Shown piece by piece: positions 50,212-63,110 of a stretch of DNA of 64,000 nt. Made by a program: the position numbers and the translations under genes. This stretch comes from Raja brachyura (taxonomy: Eukaryota), in NCBI GenBank assembly GCA_963514005.1, contig OY740795.1:33294001-33358000 (forward strand), written 5' to 3'. Every line of letters starts with the position of its first letter. Position 1 is the stretch's first letter. A model generated the notes under the pieces. It was given only the letters and a program-made list of their open reading frames with translations, was not told the DNA's origin and made no database searches.

Positions 50212-51541
50212 GTAGATATTATGTTTATGGCAGTTAGTCATGATTCAATGTTAAACACTGAATTGCAATCTGTAGATAATGGACTCATCCTTCATATGAA
50301 CAGCAAGTCACACCCCAAATAAAAGATGAGGGCATTTGAAATTCAGATTTCCGCTATGCTTGCTTTCAGTTTCAAAGAGCAACTCTTGGAGATGGGCCTT
50401 AGCTGCCACGCTCCCACCCCATAGATAAATATAATCAACATTTCTTTCAGTTCAGGTTTCACCGTGGAGCTATGCACTCTTATTTCACGCTGGGTTAAAA
50501 AATTAGCCAAAAAAACAATGCAATGAGAAAATGTATTACAATTACTTAACAATTACAAGGAAATCAGCAAGTTACGATTTGGATGCACAACTTCTTTGGA
50601 AACACTGCCCACAACAGAAAACAGACCGTAAATCCATGTAGCAAAGTGTGAAAGGCTGGCCGATGCAAATAGCAGAAGCAATCCTTTGCTGTTGTAGTGG
50701 GGTTCCAAGGTTGGATTGAAGCACTTTGCTGGAACAGAGTCGAGGCTAATGTAACAGCTGACCTCAGAAGGCACAAAGCCAACTCTAGATGCCAGCAATT
50801 GGCGCAAACAGTATAATGCTCTCCCTACTCTCGTCAACTTCCTCCCACCACAAGCAAAGTGCCTGAAATTACTAACTCCAGAAAGAAACTCAATAAAACT
50901 GAAGAGAGAAAGATACTGGGAATATATTTCTATGTTATAATCAGAGTTTGGTATCTAACTGCCTAGCCACAAATTTGATGGGACTTTCAATTTCACTTTC
51001 GTTTCATGCTCTCAAAGGAAATAAACAGCCCCAAATTATTTGAAACCTCCTCCGTCTTAGACAGTTCCTCCGGATCGAAGATAACTTATTTCAACCCTAG
51101 TTCAATAGTTTTGAGGAGGCTGAAGTGCCCAATGCAAGATCTGCAGGCTCTGCTACAGAAGGTGAGGGTGGCACTAGACTGGCCAAGTGAGTAAACTGTT
51201 AGGGATGCAGTACACTTCCTGCCAGATTGGTGAATGTTACCAACAATCCGATTGGGAAAAATGGAATTCCAAAACATGCTGGGTATCATGCTGGATAATT
51301 TTGAGTACCCTTGTGAGTATTTAAAATAAAAAGCAAAGAATATCCTTAATCATTGTATCACAGGAAAATATTCAGGAATCTACTCGACACCATGTTACAT
51401 CTCACGCTGCCCTTCTTAAGTTTCCTTTGGAACCAAGTGGATTCCATCGTTAACTTTAGACAATTCGTCCCATTTTACTGACTGAAAAACAAGTAGCTTA
51501 TGGCAGCAAAGCAAGTGATTGGAACACTGCAACACTATTTA

Positions 51542-52115
51542 AGCCCCTGTCACACTTCGGAGACCTACCTCTGGTGACCTTGCCCGCCACCCAAAAAAAA
51601 TCAAGGTCGAGGTGACCTGCAACCTCCTACCACCTCCCAAGCACAAGTTGAAAACCTTCCTCGACTATGAAGAAAACTGGCAACGGCAACCTATTTTTAG
51701 TCGAGGCCAGTTTTAATCATGATGAAAAAATAGCAGCAACCTAGATGAAGCCTCGACCACACGGAAACCAATATTTTTTAGGCGACTAGGCAGTTGCCAC
51801 ATGATCGCCGGGGTGTCATCTGTATGATCGTGAGTAGTCTCCTCAGTCGCCCAGAGTCGTGGCATCTTTCTGGTCACCTCTGGATTCTCAACATGTTGAA
51901 CATTTTTCGGAGACAGTCGGCGACAGTGGGTTTGACGCCAACGAGTGCAGCTTGACTTCTCCTGATGTATGTGCTGTCGTAGTTGTCGCCAGGTTTACGT
52001 AGGTGGCCGACAGGTGACGCAGGTTGTCGCTGATGCCGACTTCATTTTTTTTTACCATTAAAGTGATGATTCTATTTCAAATTTTATGTCGAACAGGGGG
52101 GGTCCAGTCGCTGGT
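51542..52115. mobile_element. Chimeric Harbinger-like MITE remnant
   Basis: TTA|agcccctgtcacactt left TIR. 51773-52040 is the reverse complement of about 10600-10850 of family A. No right TIR. Confidence 0.75.
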
Positions 52116-52754
52116 TTATCGAGAATAACTAATGAGGACAAAATATACCACTTGTCTCAAACAATTAGACAGTGGAATGGAATGGCACAAGGAGTGGCAT
52201 TCTGGAAAGGGGAGATTAAATGAAACCATTGACTGCTTTTGAGGAAACTTGGCCAGTAGTTATTTGTCACTACTTCTCTATAGCAAAGAATTATTTTATT
52301 TTCAATATCAGATTTTCACTGTTACAAAATTTGCAAAAATGATTTGGCAAGACTGACTCAGTGATTTCATGTGATAATCTAATCAGCAGGGCATGTGATG
52401 CATGCAGGCATAAAGTGATCAGATTAACCCATAAAATATATAACTCTGAACATGATGATGCAAGATACTTTCACAGGAGCAGTGTTCAAATGTACCCAGG
52501 CCATGCGAGCCATATTTCATTAAACCCATCAACACACTTGAATTCCTTGGGAAACAAAGGGTCTGGAATCTGCCACCGTGCCAAAGTACAGTGCCCACTT
52601 TTTCACTATCAGCAGCCTCAACTATTAATGCTGGAGCCACTATGCCTCCATTTAAAAGATTAGAAAACTCAATAAAAACACCAAGCACCATTAATGAATA
52701 CCCCTCTCAAAGCATTAGGCATGACACCAGCCAAAAGATAACCATGTATGCCAG

Positions 52755-52905
52755 ACAACTGCAGATGCTGGTGTATACCAAAGATAGACACAAAGTGCTG
52801 GGGTAACTCAGCAGGTCAGGCAGCATCTCTGAAGGAAAAATAAACTTTTTCACCAGAGATGCTGCCTGACCCACTGAGTTACTACAGCACTGTGTCTATA
52901 TGTCT
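52755..52905. mobile_element. Penelope-derived fold-back element with deleted centre
   Basis: gtaactcagcaggtcaggcagcatctct / agagatgctgcctgacccactgagttac. Confidence 0.8.
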
Positions 52906-55789
52906 AACTATTTAATCTCTGCAAGTTATTGTCCATTCAATATAACAGAGTGAAATAATGCTTCATACATTTATGGCCAGCATTTAATGCTATTTAGGTG
53001 TTTTAAATTGCCCAGTGCTGAATTTGACAATTAACACTGTGCCCACAGGTACACAAGTTTGATTTCTGAGGTTGTCTCAGTTAGCTGATACCAACACAAA
53101 ACAAGTTACAATAATAAAACCATAATGCTAATTCCTTCACTTATTCCAGGTTTGTGAAAAACAGTTAAGATCACCACAGTAAAATGCCTTAAACCAGGCT
53201 GACCCACTCTCAAGCTCATTATTTTTCAATTCCAAGCGTCCACACAACGATCATTAATCCTTCTGTTTGACCAATGCATGGTTGATTGACACGAGCACTT
53301 AACAACCAATGCCTTGTTAAAACCTCCAAAAGTAAAAATGGAACAGAAAATAGAATGGATCTACAGAGCAACTCTGAGATAGCAATCTCTTATTTACTCA
53401 AGCTCTCCTCCTAAGTATAGGACCTCAGATAGAACAACCCAATGAAACACAATTTACTGCATGCTCAGTAACTCATTTTGCTGTAAGGGAATCGGCACAT
53501 TGTGCTCATTAAAAATAGTTTTCCTTCATTTATTCTTTATCATAAAATGATCACGTTTGCAAAAGGTATTTATTACTTTTTGTTATAAAACATTTACAAG
53601 AGTAATTAAGAGTGCACATCATTTTATGTGCAGCTGGTATTTTAATACTGTGTGCTGCGTGCACATTAAATTGTCCTGTTAATTTTTATTTTTAATACTG
53701 CACCTTATTTGATTTTTTTTCTCCCAAACAGGTTTCACTTTTGAATTAGCCAATATATGAGAAACAAAGAGAATGGTTAGTAACAGTGGTTCTACACCAA
53801 CTCCAGGCACAGGAAAGAGGCCACAGCAATCATTGCAGCAACACGGCTTACATAGCTGGTTTCCTATTCATACTAAAGGGCAATTGAGCCCATTAATTTA
53901 AAACATAACGGTTACAACTTCCAAGCCTTCAATGTAAAAAACAGGCAAAATAATTAGAGACTCTAAACAGAGCTGCTGTTCAGAAATGGGTCTATTATTC
54001 TGCTTCCCATTACACTAAATAAGAATGGAACTCTTATAAATTGAAGTATACCAGTGACATTAGCAATGTACAACAGCCATTTACTATGCAGTTAATAAAA
54101 ACCATACAAGACTTTCAGGATACATTCTTATAAGCAATCTCAGATGGCAGCTTCCTATTTCTAGTCATTTATCTTCCACTAGCTCAAACCGACAGTTTTA
54201 AAGATGAGCCTTAGTCTGCACAGCACTGCAGTTGGACAATGATGTTATTGAATGTTCTCTGCTGCTGGTGGTCAAGCATCTGAAGTTTCAAGTTTGCCCG
54301 ACCTCCGTTATCTTTTACTCCTCCCCCTAATTCTATTCTGTGCCAAGAGTCTTTCTCCATTCAAGTATCATCTTGCTCCAGCAAATTATACAACAGGCAG
54401 GATCACAGAACATCCATTCCCTCCCAGAGAGCTGGGAAATAAACATTCCCTCCCAGGATTTATCACCAGTTGTTTCTCAAATCAGTAATCCTCGAGTTGC
54501 CACTTCCACAGCATAGGCAACAAGCGCGCATCGGTACTTCTCCCGCCCCCACCCCCCAATCAAAAGCAAGCTGAATGTCTTAATTGTCTATTATGAAGTG
54601 AAAGACAAGGGCTTTCCTCTCCAATCCTCACACAATGCAGGACTATCCCCATACACTTGTCTATCTGACAGCAGGCAATGAGAGGCTAATCCTGAAATTT
54701 GGGGAGGCAGAATGTCTCCTAAAGCCACTCATTCAGCTGATTTGTCAAATGTCCTCAGGATATTGCCCTGTAGCACCTCTTCACTGCCAAATTATGTCAA
54801 CTCCAGCCATTGGTGCAATTTCTCACAAAGGAACATAAAGGCCAAATAAAGCAAATTCTGTTGCTAAGGTCGTCCATTGACAAAGAGGATTTAAACACAC
54901 ATTAACCCTTTCACACCAGCACCAATTTGCCCATAATGGAATAATCACGGGCAAAAATGCCAATGTAAAAATGCAGTTATTAGTAATGTAGACATTGCAC
55001 TTGTTGGGGATCCTGCAGAGGATCTTCACAAAATCTATCAGTTGCTGCAAGATAATTGATTGGCAACATTAATTCTAATTTCACAACTCTCAACATTTAT
55101 GGCACTTTATTATAAATTTATTTTTGTGCGGGGTGAAATGATGTTTAAATATCATTTTCAAAAGTGGAGAGGAACAAACAAATTAGTAGGGAAAAGTGGA
55201 TGTGTGGCAAGCGAAGAAAGAACTCACCAGAAACACCATTGAATAGGCCAGATACAGTTCCCGAGCAAAAAGTCAGATGTTCCAAATCTGATGCAAGGCT
55301 TGGGTAGAGTTTAAAAACTCTTGAGATTAATTCATTCAAAAGAACATTCACTCTTCCCAGCTTCCATAGATAATGTTTACAACAATGCAATTATTTAGCA
55401 GGAAAGCTTTATGATATAAGTTAAGATATTTTTTTTAAATGTACTACTGGCAGCATATGCTGCATTATATACCAATTCTGTGTACCTGTGCTGATGAGAT
55501 TGGTTAAATAATCTTTAGCATTTATACAGTACAGGTATAACTAAAGTGAATGTAATCACACTCAGAAATAATTGCAGCATGGGATGATCCTCAGAGCCAT
55601 TTTCTCAAGATTCCCACCATCAAAGACTCAGGTCTGCAGCCAATCGGATTCACTCCACACAATGAGGGAAAAAGAAATTGCTGATAGCAAAGGACGTAAC
55701 AGGTCTTGACAGCTCCCGCGCTGTAATCGTAAAGACATCCAGATTGCAGGATGGAGATTAAAATTCTGATTGAATGGTGCCGCAACAAT

Positions 55790-56470
55790 CTTGCTCTCAT
55801 CATCAGCACCAAGGAACTGATGGTTGACTTTAGGAGGGAAATGCCAGAGATCCTGGAATCTGTCCTCATCCAACAAGACAGTGGTAGATAGTCAATAGCT
55901 TCAACTTACTCTCAGTTTATCTCCGAAGATCTATCCTGGGCCAAACACATCAATGCAATCACAAGGAACGTTCATTAACTCCTCTGCTTCCTTAACAATT
56001 GAGGAAATTCAGTATGTCGATAAATACTCCATTGAACTTTAACAGATGTACAGGAGAGAGCAGCGGTGTATGGTTGCATCATGACCTATTTTGGCAACTC
56101 AAACACCCAGAAACATAGGAGACCAGAGGGTAGTAGATACTGCCTGGCCCATCACAACCACTGTCCTCCTCTCCAACTATGGGATCTATAGGAGGAATTG
56201 CCTCAAAACTGCTGTCAATATCAGAGCCACACCATCCTGGCATATTCTTATTTCACTCACTCCATTGGGAAGAAGATACAAGCCTGAAATCCAAGTTTCA
56301 AGAACAGTTTCGTCCCAGCAAAGATTAGGCTCTTGAACACTGCACAAAACAACCTGAGCAACTATGATCATCTATGGAACTATTTCTTTGGTTCCACTAT
56401 GGACTTTGATTTTTGCAGTATTATGGGTGTCGTTGCTATAGTTGACAATTAAAAACCCATGACTCTTGGC
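55790..56470 (+). mobile_element. Decayed Rex1/Babar-like LINE 3' part
   Basis: TKELMVDFRR, EDLSWAKHINAIT and QRVVDTA.PIT.T.L motifs. Confidence 0.85.
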
Positions 56471-56589
56471 AACAGGGAGCTTTGGGAAAATTGAAATCAG
56501 GGAAAAGATTTGTAATGGGGTGAGGCCATACCAAATATCAAAATATGATAAATCTGGATACAGGAGTTAATCACAGCTCTTGGTGAATG

Positions 56590-57405
56590 CTGTACAAAGT
56601 TCCTCAGGACAGTGTCCTGCACTTAACCAAGAAGTGAGAATATTTATTAATGATTTCAATGTTCAGTTCCATTCACAATTCTAGTTAGTGAAGCAATCCA
56701 TACAGCATACAATCACGAGGCCAGGAAAATTTGCACCAGAAGAAAGTCTAACCATTACGGATGGTCAATGACGGCATTAATGTTCAGTCCACCTCCATCA
56801 TCATCATGGAGTCACCCATGGCCAGAAATCATCCACACAAATATTCTGACTACAGTAGCAAGTGATGATTGGTAGTATACAGTGAGTGACCCACCCTCTG
56901 ACTTCAAAGCATACCTAGCACCCTCATGGTACGAGGAAGTAATGGGCTTGAATACGCTCCACTTCCTGAGACAAATGCAACTTTAACACTCAAACATCTC
57001 ATCACCATTCAGGTCAAAGCTCCCTCCCATTGCAATGCAACATGACAGCAATGTGTACCAGATGCACTGCAGGAATTTGCCACTACTTTCTTAATTGTTC
57101 CCACCATTGTTCCATTTAATGCAAGGAAACAGCAAACCATTGTCCACACTGTCACAATGTCCACACTGTCACAAGTTCCTCTGCAAAGTGGAGCACTACT
57201 CCGACTTGGAAATTTACTTCTGTGCATCATAACAACTGAACTAAATCTTAGAATTTTTCATACACAAGTATTGTGGAAGTATCTTCCCAAGAAGAATTGC
57301 AACAGTTTACGAAGGTGGCTCACTGTCACTTTCTGGAAAACAATTAAGCACAAGCATTTAATGCTGGCCTTGTCAGCAACTCCAACATCTAAACAAATAA
57401 AAATA
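56590..57405 (+). mobile_element. Decayed CR1/L2-group LINE 3' part
   Basis: gttcctcaggacagtgtcctg (VPQGSVL-like) through 3' end aatgctggccttgtcagcaactccaacatc; same family as 6240-7085. Confidence 0.6.
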
Positions 57406-58679
57406 TCGAAACAAATGAAAGCAATTACTGCAGTTAATAAATGAGTAATTCAGTAATAAAACTATAAACATCCCAGGAAGGCACCTATCCCAACAATCAT
57501 GGATTTAACACGATAGGCCTGCAGGCAAAATGCCTACCACATCCAACTCCACCTCCCACAAAAGCTGCGGTCAGCAAACATTTTTTTCGCTTTCTTTTCT
57601 TTTAAAAAGCGATCTAACTGGTTTAATAATTTAACATAACATACAGTCAAAAGTATAAGATTTGGTAATACATTGTCAAGATGGATAATTTCTTAAATTC
57701 CTGTCTTTTTAACAATGGATGTAAAATAAATCAGTTGTTAGGATAAGCAAGTTTAAAAAAAAAAATAAAAAAATCAACAGCCAGAATAGCCAGGGGGGAG
57801 AGTGGATGACTGCGATCAGGAACACAGTGCTTGAGACTGGAGATGGGGGTGGGGCAAAGGGCCTCAGGTTTCATGGCCTCGGGGCAGGTCCAAGAAGCTC
57901 CAACATGTCTGTATTTGTTCAAACAGCTTGGAAAGCAAGCTGAAAGCAAGGCACAAATCATGCCTCCAAAGTTGTACCGCACCAAAGCATATCTCAAGAA
58001 TCAGCGTGGATTTCATTAACCCCATATTCCCCTTGCATCAATATATTGACCTGCGGTTCATCAACACGTTTGGATTTCCATGTGCAGAAGGTGCAAAAGC
58101 TTACAATCTAAGAGAAAATAGGGTGAATAAATGCAACACTAATCCCTTTGTATGGTTTGGACTGTACAGGCATTTCCTAGATAGCTACAACCCAAGAGAT
58201 GAAGAAGCACTGAAAGAAATAATAGTTATCAAAAGCAAGGTAGATACACTCACAGCAATCTCTGGACTGATATGCATTTATTCAACAAGAATTGCTCTTA
58301 GGCTGCAGTGGAGTTTTGAAAGGTATCTGCTTTCAGAAGACCCCCCCCCCCCCCCCCCCCCCTCATTTTCCTTCAGGCTGAAATTGAACTGTATACGCTC
58401 ACTATTTGTGAAGCTCCATTCCAATAATCCACTTACTGATTGTTTGGAAATCACAATGTTCTGACTTTGGCTGACCAAGTGCTGACATGTGTGCTGCAGT
58501 GCCATGCTCCCTTCAACTCACTCGTGCCCCATTTCCACACAGCACTGAAACCCACTGGATTATGTTTCTTACTCTTCCTTTAAACATAACCGATTTGCTA
58601 GAAACATTTATTGGAAGTGTTTTTTTTTTTATAAAGCTATGTGGGGACTATTAATTGGAATAATTTGGAGAATCTGCAG

Positions 58680-59040
58680 TTTCAGTGGTTCAATGATGCT
58701 TTATTGCCAGGTGTACCAGGGTACAATGATTTTTTTTTTGCATGCAGTTCAGTAACAATCCAACTATAGTAATATTAGGCACAAATCATACTAGGTATAA
58801 GTGTGTAAAACAGTAGACTTCATCGAGTCAGTACACAAGAGTTACCATGTTGCAGGTGCCATCTTGCACGCTTCAAAATCCAAAGATTAAAGATGCTAGA
58901 GTCTTAACTTGCCATGAAGTCCCATTGTCCTGATGGCAGCATTGGGTTGGAGTTGCAGGGGTCGTCCTGGCCAGGCAATATATCGATGTCTTCTGCTGCC
59001 GATATGTGCTGCTGCAGGCAGTGTCTGATCCTCACGCTTG
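58680..59040 (-). mobile_element. Rex1/L2-type tailed non-autonomous element
   Basis: ggttcaatgatgctttattgccaggtgtaccagggtacaatga tail, followed by body including ggtgccatctt. Confidence 0.5.
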
Positions 59041-60914
59041 TCCAATTGGAACAGCGCCCAATCTAATGGATCTCCTGTCGTTAGTGTACCAGATTGATGA
59101 CGTTTTAATGTGCTTGTTTGCCATCAGCGGAATTTATGGACGTCGATCAAGATGAAGATTGTGCAGCTCCAGAGATCATGTCTTCTGGGGACACCAGCCC
59201 CTCCCTGCCTCGAGATACAGGCTGCACTTTCAAATTCCACTGTGTGCGTGCAACCCCAAAAGTAAATGTTTATCTTGAAATTTTATTTTTTATGCACCGT
59301 CAAGACTCTACTGCAAAGGGTTGATTTGTTTAACCTGCTATCCTTGCATCATGGAAGGTTACCAGTCCTCCCACTCTGGTATCTCTGGCCTTCCTCCTGC
59401 TCTTTCCTGAGGACGGCCACCTATATACCTAGATACCCCTGCTACTCCAGCAGTCTTTACTGCGATTATTAAAAAGTAAACACATTCGACCTGTTCAAAA
59501 TGAGGTCACCTTTTTGGAAAGGTCACTCTGCATGTCAAGGTATATAAACATTCATACCAAAAATATTCTGCTCTGTCCCTGAAACGTAACCATTTTGATA
59601 AAAAGTTACTTTAAAATATAATACACATGGGTTGCCAATTTGCTCAGCAAATCTACTAACACCCAGGTAAAATTCACTAAAAATGCATGCGATTCTGTGA
59701 AGATGAACCGAAAGCTACAGGTGCAAGCCCAAACACACCGGTGATTACTCAAACAAGCAACTTAAAAAGGACCATTACAACACACAGTATTTTTCTTCTT
59801 TTATTAAAGGACAATTCATGCTTTAGTTAAATGAATTGTGCAAGTTTAAAAATTAACAACCTCAAAATAGGACGGTGAATCTTTAGTGAAGAAGGGGGCG
59901 AAAGCTCAATAGTCTGTCTGTACGCCCCCAACCAAGCCGTCAACTTGAATGTTGAACTTCACAGTAGTGGCTGGCTTTCTCAACAATTCCTTTGATGTTA
60001 CCTCCAAAGCTAAAGATCAAAGCAGCGGAGTGTGGTGTGGGGAAGTCCCAGGCTCTTAGGCTGCCAGCCTGTGATATATGTAAAATCCAAGCCAAAATGT
60101 GAAAGTTTGAAGGATAACAGTCCAGTCTTATTAAAGACTGAAGCAAGGGGGACAAGTTAAATTTAAACAAATCCAAATGTTTTCATTGTAAATCAGCAAA
60201 ATAAGTCATTTTATCTTCCTGATTTTACTTATCAAAAAATGATCAACTCTGAAAAACCTAAATATGCAGCGATTAAGAATCGCCTCCTCTCTCCCTGCAC
60301 ATCTGTGTGCAGAGATAATATTACTGTGTTGGTCAACAAGTGTAAAGATATAGTGCCAAATTTCTATAGTCAGTGTGTTTCATATAAATTGGGTACATCT
60401 ATTTGACCAGCACATTGCAAATATTATGAGAGAATACGCAACAGCAGTAATCATACTAAACTTTAACATGCCTAAACACCACCAGATTTAAGGTCAGCTT
60501 TCCTGATATTGTCCAGTATTCCAAATCACTTGGTCTAGATATCATTAAAATCATTCTTTGGGCATTACAGAATAACAATTCATGTCTCTACAATGGATAA
60601 ACAGTGTTATTTGATGCATTGCAGAGTCCGTTTTTCAAAGAAGCGTGTGACATGACAAGCTTGATCCTATTGGAGGTATCAGTGAAAAGAAACTTAGTGC
60701 AAGTACAGAGTTCTGTTATATATTTGTAACATATGACTTTCTGTTATGCATATCTCAACCTAACACTTTCCAGTGTCAAGAAAATGCCAGATCAAAGAAA
60801 AAGAAACATGACCTTGCACGTAGGTAAGTAATTACCTGAAACAGCAACATTTGTGCGATTCCATCAGGATGTTATTTAAAATGAAGGCAGCAAGTGGTGA
60901 AATGAAAATGTTTA

Positions 60915-61197
60915 CATTTATTTATTGTTATCTGTCCAGAACTGGCAAAGCCAGCATTTCCTGCCCATTCCTCACTGCCCCCCAAGAAAGATGGCAATTT
61001 ACTTTATTGGACCATTGCATTCATTCCAGTGAAGGTAGTCCCACTGGTGTTGAGCAGAGTCCCGGCAGTTCGACACAGCAATAAAGGAAACCTATATATT
61101 TCCAACTTAGGTCAGCGTCCAAGTTGAAGGGGAACCTGCAAGCCATGTTGAACATGAAAATGCTGCCCTTCACCTCCTTGGTAGCAAGGACAGGACT

Positions 61198-61231
<34 letters not shown>

Positions 61232-61860
61232 GTTACTGAAGCAGCGTAGGCACACAAAGCAGCAAAAGTGGTGGAAGAAATGAATGATGAATGGTTAGTG
61301 GTGTGCCAGTCCAGTGACTCCCTTACCCTGGATAAGGTAGAACATCTGGCAGGTTGCTGGAACTCCTATTATCCAGGAAAGAGCAGAGTATTCCTTCTTC
61401 CTCCTTGTAGATTCTGGAACGGCTTTGTGGTGGATAACCAACCATTACCCTCGTCCTGTAGTTGCGCCAATTGAGCATCTAGTTACTGGTGACGCTGGTG
61501 CATTGATGGAGACTATGAAACCACTGTCTATTTAACCATGAATTTAGAACAATATTCAGTTACATTTGCAATCATTTGCAAACACCTTCACTTCAGAACC
61601 TTCTAATGGAAGAAGCTGTAGATTGTCAATCCCAAGACACATTCCCGAGTAGCTCTTGAAGCATTACCTGGGACTAGGACTACTAACCTCAACAACCACG
61701 ACCATCTTCCCATGAGGTCTGACTAGAACAATTCAACCGTTTCCCTCTTAATACCCGCTGTGCAACTTCCCAGAGCTTGCCAATGACATACTCAAATGCC
61801 GCCTTTAATATTCTGGTCAATCTATCTTGTCATCTCCTAATTTCCATGTTACACTAAACT
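60915..61860 (-). mobile_element. Decayed CR1/L2-group LINE
   Basis: actggcaaagccagcatttcctgcccattcct is the reverse of the family 3' end seen at 7030 and 57360. Confidence 0.55.
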
Positions 61861-61889
61861 GTCCAATATGAATGCAAGCACAAACAGAA

Positions 61890-62080
61890 CAAAGAACAAA
61901 CTGCTGGAAGAATTCACCAGGTCAAGCAGTATCTGTGGTGGCAATGGCTAGTCTTTGATTCAGGACTACATTGGGACTGAATCACTGTCTTGCCCCAAAA
62001 CAGTCACTGTCCCTTTGCTTCCACAGATGCTGCTTGACCCAGATGTCCTCCGACTGCTTTTTACTTCATATTCCATCTTG
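61890..62080. mobile_element. Old Penelope-derived fold-back element
   Basis: ggtcaagcagtatctgtgg / ccacagatgctgcttgacc inverted arms. Confidence 0.65.
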
Positions 62081-63004
62081 GAACTACTTTGACCAAAGTC
62101 ACTGTGGTATTGCAATAAATCCGCAGAGCTTGATTCAGCACAAATGATAACAACGACTAAGGCAACTTACTGCTTCTGGCCAAAATTGTGGCACTACAGT
62201 TCCTAGATAATAAGTGTCGACTCTACCTACCAGGAACGTCACCCCATTTTTGCCAGAAAAGCCAAGTAGTGAAGTGCCACAGCCACATATTTTTAAAGAA
62301 AACACTTGAATCAATGAGGGCTGGACCTCAGACTATCCTAGATTGGAATCTAACATCTTTTGAAAAGCAAGTACCATTCTTCACAAAAAAAAACACGTCA
62401 CCCCTGTAATTAATACGCCACTGAATTTATTCTTCTCGGAATAATAACCAGTATCATTTATGGTTGAAAGGTAAAAAAAAGTCATCTCCCAACGACGTCA
62501 CTCCTTTCGTAATCCTTTTTGGAAATTAGCCACCTGCAGGAGAGAGCAGAATGGGTCAAAGCCTAGCAACAGCCATTAGATGCAGCACCTGGCAAGAATA
62601 GGCAGGGATAGATCCCCAGACATTGTCCAAGAACATGAAGCAGGACCTTCATGGGAAAAGAAATATGAGCACCATCTTACACAAGTCCATACTTGCAAGA
62701 CAGCACAGCCCACCACTAAAAACGAGACATCTATCAACTGCTATGTTTGGCAAGAGGCAAATCACCTGGTTAAAATGTCTAAGAATGAGCAATAATTATG
62801 TATCGTCTTTCCACTGACAGGTTAGTGCACAAAAGCTTTTCACTGTACCTCAGTTCACATGACAATAAACTAAACTCATTTTATGTGATCCTATATCCAC
62901 TCCTGGAATTGACTGCCCTGGTTTTGATTCCTGAAAGAGACTTTGGCATCATCCAATATACATTTCTTCAGGGACTGTATTTACAATGTCAGGACTAGCC
63001 TCAC

Positions 63005-63110
63005 CCAGAGTCTGAAGCAGAGTCTCAACCTGAAACGCCAGCCACTCCTTCTCACCAGAAATGCTGCCTGTTACTCCAGCATTGTGTGTCTATCTTCTTT
63101 AAAAATCAGC
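63005..63110 (+). mobile_element. Penelope-derived arm
   Basis: agtctgaagcagagtctcaacctgaaacg...ttactccagcattgtgtgtctatctt. Confidence 0.75.

Noticed and set aside
57928-58464. 178-aa ORF
   Set aside because: Non-ATG start, runs through a poly-C tract, no recognisable domain.
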